Below, in pieces: positions 1 through 11,938 of a stretch of DNA of 64,000 nt. Positions within the stretch are counted from its first letter, which is position 1. Each line of letters begins with the position of its first letter. A model generated the notes under the pieces. The model was not told the origin of the DNA. It ran no database searches and worked only from the letters and a program-made list of their open reading frames with translations. This stretch comes from Cetorhinus maximus (lineage: Eukaryota), in NCBI RefSeq assembly GCF_964194155.1, contig NW_027597550.1:1-64000 (forward strand), in the 5' to 3' direction. The position numbers and the translations under genes are program-made.

Positions 1-1015
1 CTCTCTCCCCCCCCCTCTCCCTGCCTCCCCTCCTCTCCTCCCCCCCTCCTGCTCCCTCTCTCCCCCCCCCTCCTGCTCCCTCTCTCCCCCCCCTCCTGCT
101 CCCTCTCTCCCCCCCTCCCTGCCCTCTCCCCCCCCTCCTGCTCCCTCTCCACCCCCTCCTGCTCCCTCCCACCCTCTGCCCTCTCCCACCCCCTCCTGCT
201 CCCTCTCCACCCCCTCCTGCTCCCTCTCCACCCCCTCCTGCTCCCTCTCCACCCCCTCCTGTTCCTCTCTCCACCCCTCCTGCTCCCTCTCCCCCCCCTC
301 CTGCTCCCCTCTCCCCCCCCCTCCCCTCCCGCTCCCCCCTCTGCTCCCTCTCCCCCCCTCCTGCTCCCTCTCTCCCCCCCCCTCCTGCTCCCCCTCTCTC
401 CCCCCCCCTCCTGCTCCCTCTCTCCCCCCCCTCCTGCTCCCCCTCTCTCCCCCCCCCCCTCCTGCTCCCCCTCTCTCCCCCCCCCTCCTGCTCCCCCTCT
501 CTCCCCCCCCCCTCCTGCTCCCCTCTCTCCCCCCCCCTCCTGCTCCCCCTCTCTCCCCCCCCCTCCTGCTCCCCCTCTCTCCCCCCCCCCTCCTGCTCCC
601 CCTCTCTCCCCCCCCCCTCCTGCTCCCCTCTCTCCCCCCCCCCCTCCTGCTCCCCTCTCTCCCCCCCCTCCTGCTCCCCCTCTCTCCCCCCCCCTCCTGC
701 TCCCCTCTCTCCCCCCCCCTCCTGCTCCCCCTCTCTCCCCCCCCTCCTGCTCCCCCTCTCTCCCCCCCCCTCCCTGCTCCCCCTCTCTCCCCCCCCCCTC
801 CTGCTCCCCCTCTCTCCCCCCCCACTCCTGCTCCCCCTCTCTCCCCCCCCACTCCTGCTCCCCCTCTCTCCCCCCCCACTCCTGCTCCCCCTCTCTCCCC
901 CCCCACTCCTGCTCCCCCTCTTCCCCCCCCCCCCCACCCACTCCTGCTCCCCCCGCTCTCTCCCCCCCCCCCCCCCCCCCCCCCTCTCTCTCTCTCTGCT
1001 CCCTCCCCCCTCCCC
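1..1015. repeat. C/T-rich minisatellite, ~22-28 bp unit CTCCTGCTCCCCCTCTCTCCCCCC(C)n, in ATMIN intron 1
   Basis: Dozens of tandem CTCCTGCTCCC...CTCTCCCCC units; almost purely pyrimidine on the + strand. Confidence 0.95.
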
Positions 1016-2365
1016 TGGATTTCTTTCACCCCTTTCTCAGAAAGATTCCATCTCCTTTTTGTTGTTATGCATCTGGTTTGGTGTCACGCTTATTTGCAAG
1101 CTCTATAATCCAGCTAACATCTTTATTCTTAAAAATGCATTTAAAAAGCAGCTGGATAACCACACGAGGGTGACAGAATTGGGAAGATACATTTTAAGTG
1201 AAATAGAGGCGTGGACGGAGGCTCATGTCGATCCCTAAACACCAGCATAGACCAGCTGTAAATTATTTGCTGTAAATTCTTATAATTTCAGTTAACAAAT
1301 GTCATTTTGCTTATTGTGTATTTTTTTTCACCTGTTGGACTAAATTGTCCTGTGGAGAGCCGGCTGAGGCTGAATGGCCTCCTGTGCAGTAACAATTTTA
1401 TGAATTTTAGACTAAAGAGAAAATTATGATCGGTATAGACTTTGAGGGGCTTTCAACAGGTAAATGGACAAAAATCTATTTCTGCCGTCTGGGTTGGTGA
1501 CCCAGAGAGCAAGAATTTAGAAAAATTTCGACAACAAAGGGAGAAGTTCATTTTTTAATTATATGCAGAAGGTTGTTTGGATATGAAATACTCTTTCAGA
1601 AATTGTGGTAGAAATGGAACTAATAATAATAGCTTTTTCTAAAGGGATTGGTAAATGTTTGAAAAGGACATTCAAAAGGAAAAGGGAAACCGAGCAATTG
1701 ATAGCTATTAAGTATTACTGGTGTGTAAGAAATGAACATCATGACATGCTGTCACTTACAGAAAAAGTAAAATAAAACTGCAACACTACATCAGCCAGAC
1801 CAGGAAACTTCCAGGTTCAGTGTCTAGTCAGTGCTGAGGCAGTGGTAGGGTTGTGACAATTTGTCACTATGCGCCTGGGCTGGGGGTGATAATCAGTCTT
1901 CCAACAATTGGTATTTATTCATCTCTGCTGAAGTGTGGTGAGCATTGTTTTAGTATTGTCTATGATGAATTGCTTGAAGGAAGGAGCTGCTGATGCCCAC
2001 TATTTGAAACTGAAGAATGACCTTTTGCATGAACTATTGAAATGTTCTTCCCAGCAGTGGAACTGGACCTCCCAAAATGAGGAGAAGTTGAATAACTGTT
2101 AAAAATGGAAGGGGGTTTCCTTCTGACTGTATTTAAGCAGACTATGTGGCTGTTTGATACATGCGGTCTTGTTTTCTTCTGCTGAGCCCCCATCCCCTGC
2201 AGTGCTGAAGGTGCAGAACCTTTGCTGGGTTGAGGCTTTGTGGGTGCTGAGCACAATCTGGTATTTCACCCAAGTAAGTCATTGTTTATCTGGGAGCTGA
2301 AGCAGTGAACATTAGCAGATTCTTCAAACTTTATACCATTCTGAACTGACTCCAATAATACTTCT

Positions 2366-3118
2366 CAACAGAAACAGAAATACCTGGAAAAACTCAGCAG
2401 GCCTGGCAGCATTGGCGGAGAAGAGTACAGTTGACGTTTCGAGTCCTCATGACCCTTCAACAGAACTAAGTAAAAATAGGAGAGGGGTGAAATATAAGCT
2501 GGTTGGGGTGGGGGGTTGTTGGGACAAGTAAGCAGTGATAGAAGGAGATAACCAAAAGATGTCACAGACAAAAGAACAAAGAGGTGTTGAAGGTGGTGAT
2601 ATTATCTAAAAGAATGTGCTAATTAAGAGTGGATAGCAGGACAGGCAAGGTACAGATAGCTCTAGTGGGGATGGGGTGAAATAAGACTAAAAGGGCATAA
2701 AAGGTATAGATAAATGATGGGTGAAATACATTTAAAAATAATGGAAATAGGTGGGAAAAGAAAAATCTATATAAATTATTGGAAAAAAACAAAAAGGAGA
2801 GGGAAGAAACGGAAAGGGGGTGGGGATGGAGGAGGGAGTTCAAGATCTAAAATTGTTGAACTCAATATTCAGTCCAGAAGGCTGTAAAGTGCCTAGTCGG
2901 AAGATGAGGTGCTGTTCCTCCAGTTTGCATTGAGCTTCACTGGAACAATGCAGCAAGCCAAGGACAGACATGTGGGCAAGAGAGCAGAGTGGAGTGTTAA
3001 AATGGCAAGCGAAAGGGAGGTCTGGGTGATGTTTGCTGCCAGACCTGCTGAGTTTTTCCAGGTATTTCTGTTTCTGTTTTTGTTTTGGATTTCCAGCATC
3101 TGCAGTGTTTTGTTTTTA
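2366..3118 (-). mobile_element. Penelope-like element 3' fragment with internal inversion
   Basis: 14-bp TSD CCAATAATACTTCT at 2352-2365 and 3119-3132. The - strand encodes the GIY-YIG C-terminal tail (KLEEQHLIFRLGTLQPSGLNIEFNNFRS*). ~3033-3118 is the terminal segment in the opposite orientation. Confidence 0.85.
2429..2467 (-). ncRNA. Minimal hammerhead ribozyme-like motif (PLE-associated)
   Basis: - strand AGTT-CTGTTGA-A-GGGTC-ATGAG-GACTC-GAAA-CG-TC-AACT: stem I AGTT/AACT, 5-bp stem II, GUC cleavage triplet; core has U at position 6. Confidence 0.65.
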
Positions 3119-3512
3119 CCAATAATACTTCTGGTAGACATTCATTGCTAGTGGTGGGGTTGGAGACCTGGCTGATTTCTCAACCCTAATACAGGGAAAT
3201 TGATACAAGTTATAGCTTCCACATTGAATTGGAACCTTATCCTTGTATCTCTGTTACTTTCTGATTAAATTGGAGTTCCTGTGGTGTAGGCCGAAGAAGT
3301 TTGCCGCGCTATTGATACATGAACGCTATGTAATAAAGCTATATATAACTTCAAAGTATTGACAAGCTGAATGGCAAAGGAAATACTTATCATTACTTTC
3401 AGAAATATTCCCAAGTGCTTCACCACACACAACAAATTGTCTGACATTTTGCATATAAGCCAATTGATAAATCATTTATTTCATGTTATTTTGTACACTG
3501 ATATGGGATTAT

Positions 3513-3825
3513 GGAGATATAAAGATGGCGGACATTGACACAGCTGGGAGACAGTCACTGACAGCCATGACCTCTGGAGGTTGACTGGATAGGCATTGGA
3601 AGAGGCAAGCAGAAACGAAAAGCGAAGTTGGCCGAGAAGAGGGCCCAGAGAAAATAGAGGCCAATGAATCCTTTGCAGCTCGCTGTCTTCCTCTGTAGCC
3701 AACGTGGCAGAGACTGCTATGCCAGAGTTGGGCTCTTGAACCACGCCAGGCAATGGTTAACACAGAGTGGAGCACCACGGCACAAACCATCGTCTCACGA
3801 GACAGAAGGCTGCAAATGAATGAAC
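3513..3825 (+). mobile_element. RTE-clade LINE 3' fragment (degenerate)
   Basis: Degenerate SWE...D.WR and FxCxxxGRDCYARVGLLNH remnants typical of RTE ORF C-termini, ending in a short AATG-like tail. Confidence 0.7.
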
Positions 3826-4606
3826 GATGGGCTTGCTGTTGCCATTTTAACTGATTCAAAGGGAGACTGTACTGACTGGATAGGAAGATCAGTTCCTTAG
3901 CCTTTTTTTAAAAAAGAAAGTTTATTGAGTGAGTGTACTAACCCAATTTAGTGGATATTTATTTTCTGATAGTTTCAAGGGAATGTTCAGCAATTCCAGG
4001 ATTTCTAATATGTAGCCAACAGCAATTCAACAGTCTGGCATTTCTCGCATTCCTAAGAGACTTAAATATTCCGAGTTCTTTCTTGAAGTTTCCTCATCAA
4101 AGACTATAAGCTTATTTTAGCTTGGAGAGCTTGGTGTAAGATTGTTGAATGAGTGTCAAATAAATGAAAAATAGCTTCTAGAAAGGATGAAAAATCTCGA
4201 GTTAAAAGCTGATAAGTGTTCAAGCCCTTAAAGGCTTTCTCTGTGTGTATGATTTATAGATGCTTCAATTTAGCAGCCTGATAGCAATTTTTAAAAAAGC
4301 TGGCATCTTAAATGTGCTCTTCGCAGTATTGAAAACCGTTAAAATTGCTGCAATCTGATAGTAATTATAGTTAAAATTGAGCAATTATGCCATTTTGTGT
4401 TTTAAAAAATCCTATTTCAGTTTTTAGTTTAAAGTCCAATTTTGTTTCATGAAACAAAGCACTATAAATTGAAACAGGGACGCAATCAAACATTTCACTG
4501 TTGATCAGCCACATTTGGGAATTCTTGAGTTAGATTATATGGTAGCCTTCAGAGTGAGAAATGGCATTTATGATAGTGTGCTGATGGGTTCTGGGAGCTG
4601 TATTTT

Positions 4607-4975
4607 ATTATTCTTCCATCGGATGTGGGCATCACTGGCAAGGCCAGCAATTGTTGCCTATCCCTAGTTGCCCTTGAACAGATTGGCTTGCTAGGCCACT
4701 TCAGAGGGCAGTTAAGAGTCAACCACATTACTATGGATCTGACGTCGCATGTAGGGCAGACCAGGTAAGGATGGCAGGTTTTCTTCCCTAAAGGACATTA
4801 ATGAACCGGATGGCTTTTTATGACAATCGATGATAGGTTCACGGTCACCATTACTGAGACTAGCTTTCAATTCCAGATTTATTAAATTAATTTAAATTTC
4901 ACCAACCTGTGTCCCCAGCTTATAGCCTGGGCCTCAGGATTTCTAGTCCAGTGACATCACCATTATGCTACTGTT
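4607..4975 (-). mobile_element. tRNA-headed SINE, family A (tail ...CACATCCCATGAATGAAT)
   Basis: Reverse complement matches the copies at 30848-31210, 45140-45470, 55124-55405 and 62236-62972. Confidence 0.8.
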
Positions 4976-5788
4976 CTGTGAGGGTATATGCTTGAGCAGA
5001 GGGGAATCACTGTTAGATTGGATCATTATGCTGTACATGGGAGAGGATTGTGACGTGCTTTCATTTTCCAACAACCTGCTCTTTCCTATGTAGGGAAGGC
5101 AGGTTGGGGGAGGGCAGGGGGTGTGTGTTGTGAAGGTCTGATCCCAAAGTTTATGCTATTATTTTGTTGCTTGGTGGCCTAGGTCTTGCCCTGTGGAATT
5201 TGTTGATAAAGAAATGAGCAGTGTCTGGTGTACATATGTTTTGAATGCCTTACGCATGGAGGATGCCTAGCTCCAGGTGATGGGTTTTCTTTGAAGTCGT
5301 GGAGGATACTTGACTTCGCTAGGAAACATGATTTGGGGATAACTAAAGATGCCCTGTTGGGTGAGGTTGAATTTGTCTGTTGGCTGCTCTAAGACTAGGT
5401 GGGATTCTGAACCTAACGAGAGATCTAATTTGACAAGTGCCGCCCTAGGCATTTCCAATCAAAATTAATAATAATTGAATGCAATAGTGCAAAACAATTT
5501 TTGTATGAATAAGATATTTTTAGATTGATTAAAGTTAAAACTCTATACATTTTGATTCAGGGCAATGTGATCTGTTGGAAGCTTCATTGTACTTGAATTT
5601 GCTCCACCAGTGCTGCTTTTTCATATGCCTAATATCATTAGAGATGCATGTATAATAATTGTTACAGGGCTGAAGAGGAACATTGTAGCTTGTGTTACAG
5701 TGGTCTGTGACCCTCAATAAAAATGTGTAGAGACAGATTTCGGTCAGTAGTTGCGTCTTATTTATTTAGTGTTTGATTCTAATTGCAG

Positions 5789-5917
5789 GACTGCAGCATT
5801 AATCCAACTGTTAGGAAAGATCTGAAGTCGTCTGTTCAGAAACTGTTTTGTTGCCCCATTGAAGGTTGTCCAAGGGGACCGAACAGACCGTTTTCCCAGT
5901 TTGCCCTCGTTAAGCAG
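5789..5917 (+). CDS. ATMIN: ATM interactor (ASCIZ) coding exon 2
   Basis: ttgcAG|...|GTaagc, 129 nt, phase 0/0. Encodes DCSINPTVRKDLKSSVQKLFCCPIEGCPRGPNRPFSQFALVKQ, matching the ATMIN second zinc finger region. Confidence 0.97.
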
Positions 5918-6875
5918 GTAAGCACTGCTAACTTGCAATCCCGCTTGTTCATGTAGCACGTTGTACAATTAATTCATGATTGGTTGTGTTTGGGTTGAAT
6001 TTATGAATGGGCAGTTGCTCTTAATGCAATTAGGTCATTTGATTAGATAGTGAACAGAACTGTTCTCTCCTGATCAATGTTTATCCTTCAAACAAATAAA
6101 ATGTATTACCTGGTAGTTGTCACATTGCTGATTCGGGGAGCCTGCTGTACGCAAATTGGCTACTCTGTGTCCTTCCTACATTGCCACAGTGACTTCACTT
6201 CAAATAATTGCTTCATTGGCTGTAAAATTGCCAGTGATTCTTTATGGTCTTAGTTGCAGTTTCAGTGGACAATTTTCTACTCGCGGCTAAGCTTATGAGC
6301 CAGGTTAACTTTGGCGTGGCAGAGGTGTTTGAGGCCACAGAGGATCTTGCCAGCATTTGATGTTTTATAGTCACCTTTGACCTAATGGGGGAATGCAATT
6401 TCATGAGGTGCTTTCAGCTACTGAATCGCTCCCACCTTCCTGTGTACTTGCACTTCATGTACCACGTGTAACAGTACCAGCTGCCGATAACCCTGAAACC
6501 TTGTTTTGTAATTTTTTGGTTCGGGTGGGTGTTAAGGAATTAGGTAGGGTTGTATGTTATTTTGGGAAATTCACTGTTGGGCTTATGGAACTTTAGGCTG
6601 GTTAATAATTTAATGCTGGTCTGGAGATCCAGAAATATTGCCAGCTTCAGACCAACTTTTTTAAAGACTATTTCAGTTTATTAATGTTTATAATCTTTAA
6701 CCATCTTTTGATTGCTCATTGGCTGCCTTGACTATTATGGGGTGGGGAGGTGGGAAACATGTATCGGTGTGATGCGAAAAGAATTCTTGAAAGTTAGAGT
6801 TCTAACATCAATCGGCTAGCTGAAGCCTTGGAACCAGCAAACTTTCCTGTGAATCTGTTTGCCAGTATGTTCTTG

Positions 6876-7460
6876 TACAACTTGCATTCATATAGCACTT
6901 ATAACGTAGCAAAACATGCCAAGGCACTTCAGAGGGATGGTATTAAATAAGCCACAAGGATATATTGAAACAGATGGTTAAAAACTTGGTGAAAGAGTTT
7001 TTAAGGAGCATTTTGAGAGAGTGAGTGTGGTAGTAGAGCAGTTTAGAGAGGGCATTTCAGAGTTCAGGGCATAGGCAGCTGAAAGCACAGTCACCAATAG
7101 TGCCGAGATTAAAATGGGGAATGCACAAGAGGCTAGAATTTGAAGAGATTAGAGATCTTGGAGGATTGCAAGATTGAAGGAGGCTACATTAGAGATTGAG
7201 AGTGGGGAGGCCATGGAGAGACTGAGGAACAAGGATGAGAATTTAAAATTGAGTTGCTGGACCGGACCAGAAGCCAATGTAGATCAGCGAGCGCAGGGGT
7301 GATGGCTGAATGGGACTTGGTGCAGGTTAGGATATGGCAGCAGAGTTTTGGATGAACTTGGGTTTATGGAGGAAGGTGGAAAATGGGAGGCCAGCCAGGG
7401 GAACATTAGAACAGTCAAGTCTGAATGTAACAAAGATCTGGATGAGAGTTTTACGCAGTA
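6876..7460 (-). mobile_element. L2-clade LINE 3' fragment
   Basis: Begins with the reverse complement of the L2-type tail (CTTGCATTCATATAGCAC) and continues as a purine-rich degenerate ORF2 end. Confidence 0.7.
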
Positions 7461-7508
7461 AAGGCTGTTGTGGCTTAAGCTGCTCTTCGTCATTTTCTTT
7501 CTCCCCAG

Positions 7509-7708
7509 CACTTTATGAAAATTCATGCTGAAAAGAAACATAAGTGTGACAAATGTAATAACTCGTATGGCACAGAATGGGACTTGAAACGACATGCTGA
7601 GGATTGTGGGAGGATCTTTCAGTGCACTTGTGGGTGTCCTTATGCCAGCAGGCCAGCACTGCTGTCTCACATTTACAGAACTGGACATGAAATCCCTGCT
7701 GAGCATCG
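7509..7708 (+). CDS. ATMIN: ATM interactor coding exon 3 (C2H2 zinc fingers)
   Basis: tctccccAG|CAC...CG|GTgagt, 200 nt, phase 0/2. Encodes HFMKIHAEKKHKCDKCNNSYGTEWDLKRHAEDCGRIFQCTCGCPYASRPALLSHIYRTGHEIPAEHR. Confidence 0.97.
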
Positions 7709-10700
7709 GTGAGTAAATGATCTGCTAAACACCCTCCAGGCAAGCTGGAGTGTTTCTTTATAAAGCTTTTTGTGTGACAAATCATCTGTTCTGCTGTATC
7801 ATACATCAAGACAAATTACTTGAGCCTTATTTTTCAATAATATACATCATATTAAAAACACCCAGATCTCGTGGCAAGTATTTGACTTGCCTATAACAAG
7901 TTACTGAGCCTTGTCTGGCACTTATATTGTTGCAGTGTCATCTTTGTGCACTGAGAGTCATGTAATGCGTTGACTTCCTGAGCAGCCTGGTTCAAATATT
8001 TCTAGATGCCACTTGACTGTATATAGGTGGCCTGTGCTTCCAATCCACCTGTACATGCCAATAATATGCTTTCACAATACTCCCTACACCATAGATATTT
8101 GGGAGAACCTTCATGGAAATCATTCAAAATTTGTTTCCTCTTAATTAACTCTTCACCGATTGAAAACATGTAAATGTATTGAGCTTTCCTGATGCAGAAT
8201 GCAATCTCCTACAATAATATTGTGCACTTCAATGTGGTCTTTTAATAATGTAACATTTTTAAATGTAAATTTGCATGTATCATTAAGTGACTTTAATATG
8301 ATTCTGATATCAACTTCAGCGTGGTCCAACCATACTGTTAGTATTCTTCCCTGATCAAGCCACACCACCCCCTCCACCCCCCAAAAAAAAATGCAGAGAA
8401 GACTGCAGCCTGTACTTGTTTTCCAAAGAATACTTTGGCAAAATAAACAGACTGTGTATGTTTACTGGTCCAGCTGGCTAACAGGGTGGAGAGAGGAAGT
8501 GGCAAATGGATAAAGACCTCCTGAAGCTAGCTAAATTAACTGAGGGTGTTGCATGATTACATGGAAACCTGAGCCCATCCCCCACCCCAAAACACACACA
8601 TCGAGAAATTCCATTGACAAAAAAGCCAAGTTATCTGTACAAAGAATGGTCAGCTCCACCCAAACAAATGTTGCAGTTCCTTCTATGTGTAAAGCCAGAC
8701 AGTGTCATACACAAAAACCTGAACCTTGTGGGCACAAAAGGTGAGAGTCCATGCACAAAACAAGTGACAGCGATTGAATATACACACAGCAAGGTCCCAT
8801 ACACAAAATAAGACAACCTAATAATAAAAGTTCCAAGTCTTCAATCATTTAAAAAGAATTCGCACTCTCCTTTCGCCTTCTTCAGATCTCACTCCCTCTC
8901 CTTCCCATCCTTTTGACCTGCACTCCTCACTCCCATTCTTTCCTTCCTTGCTCAATTTGAGAAGTGGATTAATGTGCAGAAGAAATGCTGCCACCATTCA
9001 GGATTAACCTTTTCTACTCCTTCAGACCTGGCGAGGTTTAAATAGCTGTATCTGAGCCATAGTTCAAAACAGCTTTGTTGCTTAATATAAAGAGGAGTGA
9101 GTGCTGGATTAAAGGGCCTGTGGGACACATTGGGTCCATGGGCCTTGTGTTAATGTTTCTGGATTAAAGGATCAATTTCCTTAGTAAATTACAATTTTGG
9201 TAGACGTGTTAGGTGCTTTTGGATTAAGTTATATTTTATGGAAAAGTGCTCTTGTGCGATATGATGGTTCATGAAAACAACATTTGAAAATAGAGCCCGT
9301 GTTGAATACACAGCTGGCTGCAGGAAAACTAAGTTCAAGAATACTGCAGTGCAAAAATTGCCGCATCTAGAAACCTGTTTAATCACCTTGGACAGCTGTC
9401 TGCTCGTCAGCAGAGTAAGAATGACTTCAGAAAGAACTAAACAACTTCAAACCTTTTTTAATCGGGGAAAACTATTTACTGCCAGCTGTTATTGGGAGAC
9501 TCAGATTCTACCTGGATGGGGCAGTAGTAACAGATCAAAGCAGTAAATCCTAAAGATGTTAAAGATTCGAAATTAATGGCAAATACCAATAGCTACACTG
9601 AATGTTTCAAATTAAAGCTAGAAAAACTGACCCTAATCACCCTGAACCTCAGTATTGTCTGCTTCTCGTGAAGATGTCAGTAATGCAAGTTCACCTTCTC
9701 GGTACATACTAGCTTGAATATTGACACGGGAATTTTACTTTTGAGAAATTTAATACTAATATATAGTATTCATAGATTGCATATGATTGAGTAGCTGCCT
9801 CCTATACTTATTACATGACATCCCAATTTGTAATTCTTCCAGCAGGCTAGTCTGGCAATTCCTTGACTTTCAACAATGTACGTGCTCTGGTCAACAACCA
9901 AGAAATCTGAATGCCCTTATCACAGTTGCCTCTGTAACGTACATATTTTTAATTACTGACATGTGGCCCAATGTGGCGATCCTCACTGTGTGATTTAGAT
10001 GTTTTTTGGGAGAAGCCTTCTATTTAGGTAATGTATAGCCTGGGAGCTAAACGGGTACTGGGAGTCCTGATTCCTGACCAAATGCCCCTCCTGTAGTTGG
10101 TGATGATATGATGATCTCTACTTCTTCTGAGCTGAATTACTTAATCTCAGGTACAAAATATGAATGAGCCCAAGACCCAATATATAAAATAAAACTATTG
10201 CTGTCGCCTCTGTCTATAGTGTAGTCTACTGATAGCACTTGTCCATAATGCATTGTAGTCTAGTGACTTATGTCCTTATTAGGTAATATTTATTGTGTTG
10301 ATTATAACTTTAAAATTGAAGTTTCAGGTTTTTCCCCATTTTAAAATGATTTAGGACTGAATATTTAATGACATTGATTACTGGATTGCAGAGTTTTGTA
10401 TTTTTTCCAACTTCTTAGTCATCCTGTGGTTTGTTAGCTTTGCTGACAGACACTTGCTAAGTAATTCTGCTTGGGCATTTATCCAAACTGCTAAAGCACG
10501 AAAATTATCTTGGGGCATCCTGCCAACTGCTGAAACTTGCTGGTCCTAATTTGATTAACAATATAATTTTTAACCAAAGGAATCTGTAAATACACTTGTA
10601 ATAAATTTGAAAGAGCTACTCTGCTACCATTATTGGCATTTTAAACTGACAGAACGCCCAGGAAATATAATAAGGTGAAGAAATCCATTAAAATCTGATT

Positions 10701-10734
10701 TTTTTTTTATTCCTTGAGATGCATGAGTGATGTG

Positions 10735-10970
10735 AGGCAGAACTTTTTTATGCAGCGAGTGGCAATGACCTTGAACTCGCTGCCCATCAGGGTGGTGGAA
10801 ACCGAGACAAGGGATGATTTCAAAAGGAAATTCAATGGGCATTTGCGGGAGATAAACCTACATGTCAATGAGGATAGAGTGAGGGAATGGGATTGATTGA
10901 TTAGCTCAATAGAGTGCCAGCATGGCCTTAATGGGCCAAATGGTATCCTCCTGTGCCATAATGGCTCTGA
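10735..10970 (+). mobile_element. CR1 LINE 3' end fragment
   Basis: RQNFFMQRV..LNSLP.RVVE C-terminal motif followed by the ATGGGCCAAATGG...CCTCCTGTGC tail. Confidence 0.75.
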
Positions 10971-11938
10971 CTCCTCACATATCTCGATAACTGCGAGAAC
11001 TGTATGTGGCCTGCTCGATCTCCATTGTTTTGGATGAAATTTGGACAAATTGTAGCTTTTAATGTCTGTATATCAGTTGTGTTGTGATATATGTAAACCT
11101 TCTGTCCTGGGGACTAGTATGGTGCTGATTGCCTTTATATGCTGCAACTGTTGGCTGTGCCAAGGCACCAGCATACTCAACATTTTTAGACTACATTCAG
11201 TGTTCACAAAAATAGAATTAACTATGAAGCATTGAGGCAGGAATAGATTAAATTTAACAATTGATCATTTGAAATCAGAGTGGGCAAATTCAAGGATCGT
11301 ATGCTGCACTTTGGAGCATCAAGGCATGGGGCATAGACTTGTGGTTTACCCAGCCAGGGCTGCTGTAAACCTAGTTTCAGCCATACAATTGTGGCTAGAG
11401 GCTGTATGAAAGCCAGCCACTTCCTCACTGGAAGGCAGAAAAATCAGGGGCAGGGGAGCAGTCACCCTCTGCCTACTCTGCGCAAAGTTTTTTGCATTTG
11501 AGTCAGAGGTTGAAGGCTAGGAAGCAATTGCCCTTTCAGTCGCAACATGGTAAGAAGTAAGACAAAATACTTGACAAAAATCCAAAGAACTGTTAGTGGC
11601 CAAGTGCTGTAATTTTATTGTGATGCTCACTGTTTCCAGCTGTTCATTGGTTTCTGCTCTCACTGGCTTTATTTGCTTCTAATTTGTTTGAGATAGACCA
11701 TAGTACGGTTGGTGTCAAACTAGCAATCTTAATTATTCTCCGTATACGCCAAGTTTTAAAATGCAAGGTTAGGTCTTGGCATTAAGCCAGTCTTCAGTTT
11801 CTCCAACTAGTTTTGGGAGATAACAGAAACATTCCCAATTTTCTTTCAAAAGTAAAAAGGGTTTTGCAAAAGAGGTGAGCTATTTCATGTTTCTATGACT
11901 GGGATTCTAATGACCTAATTTGCCTATCTGCTATTTAG

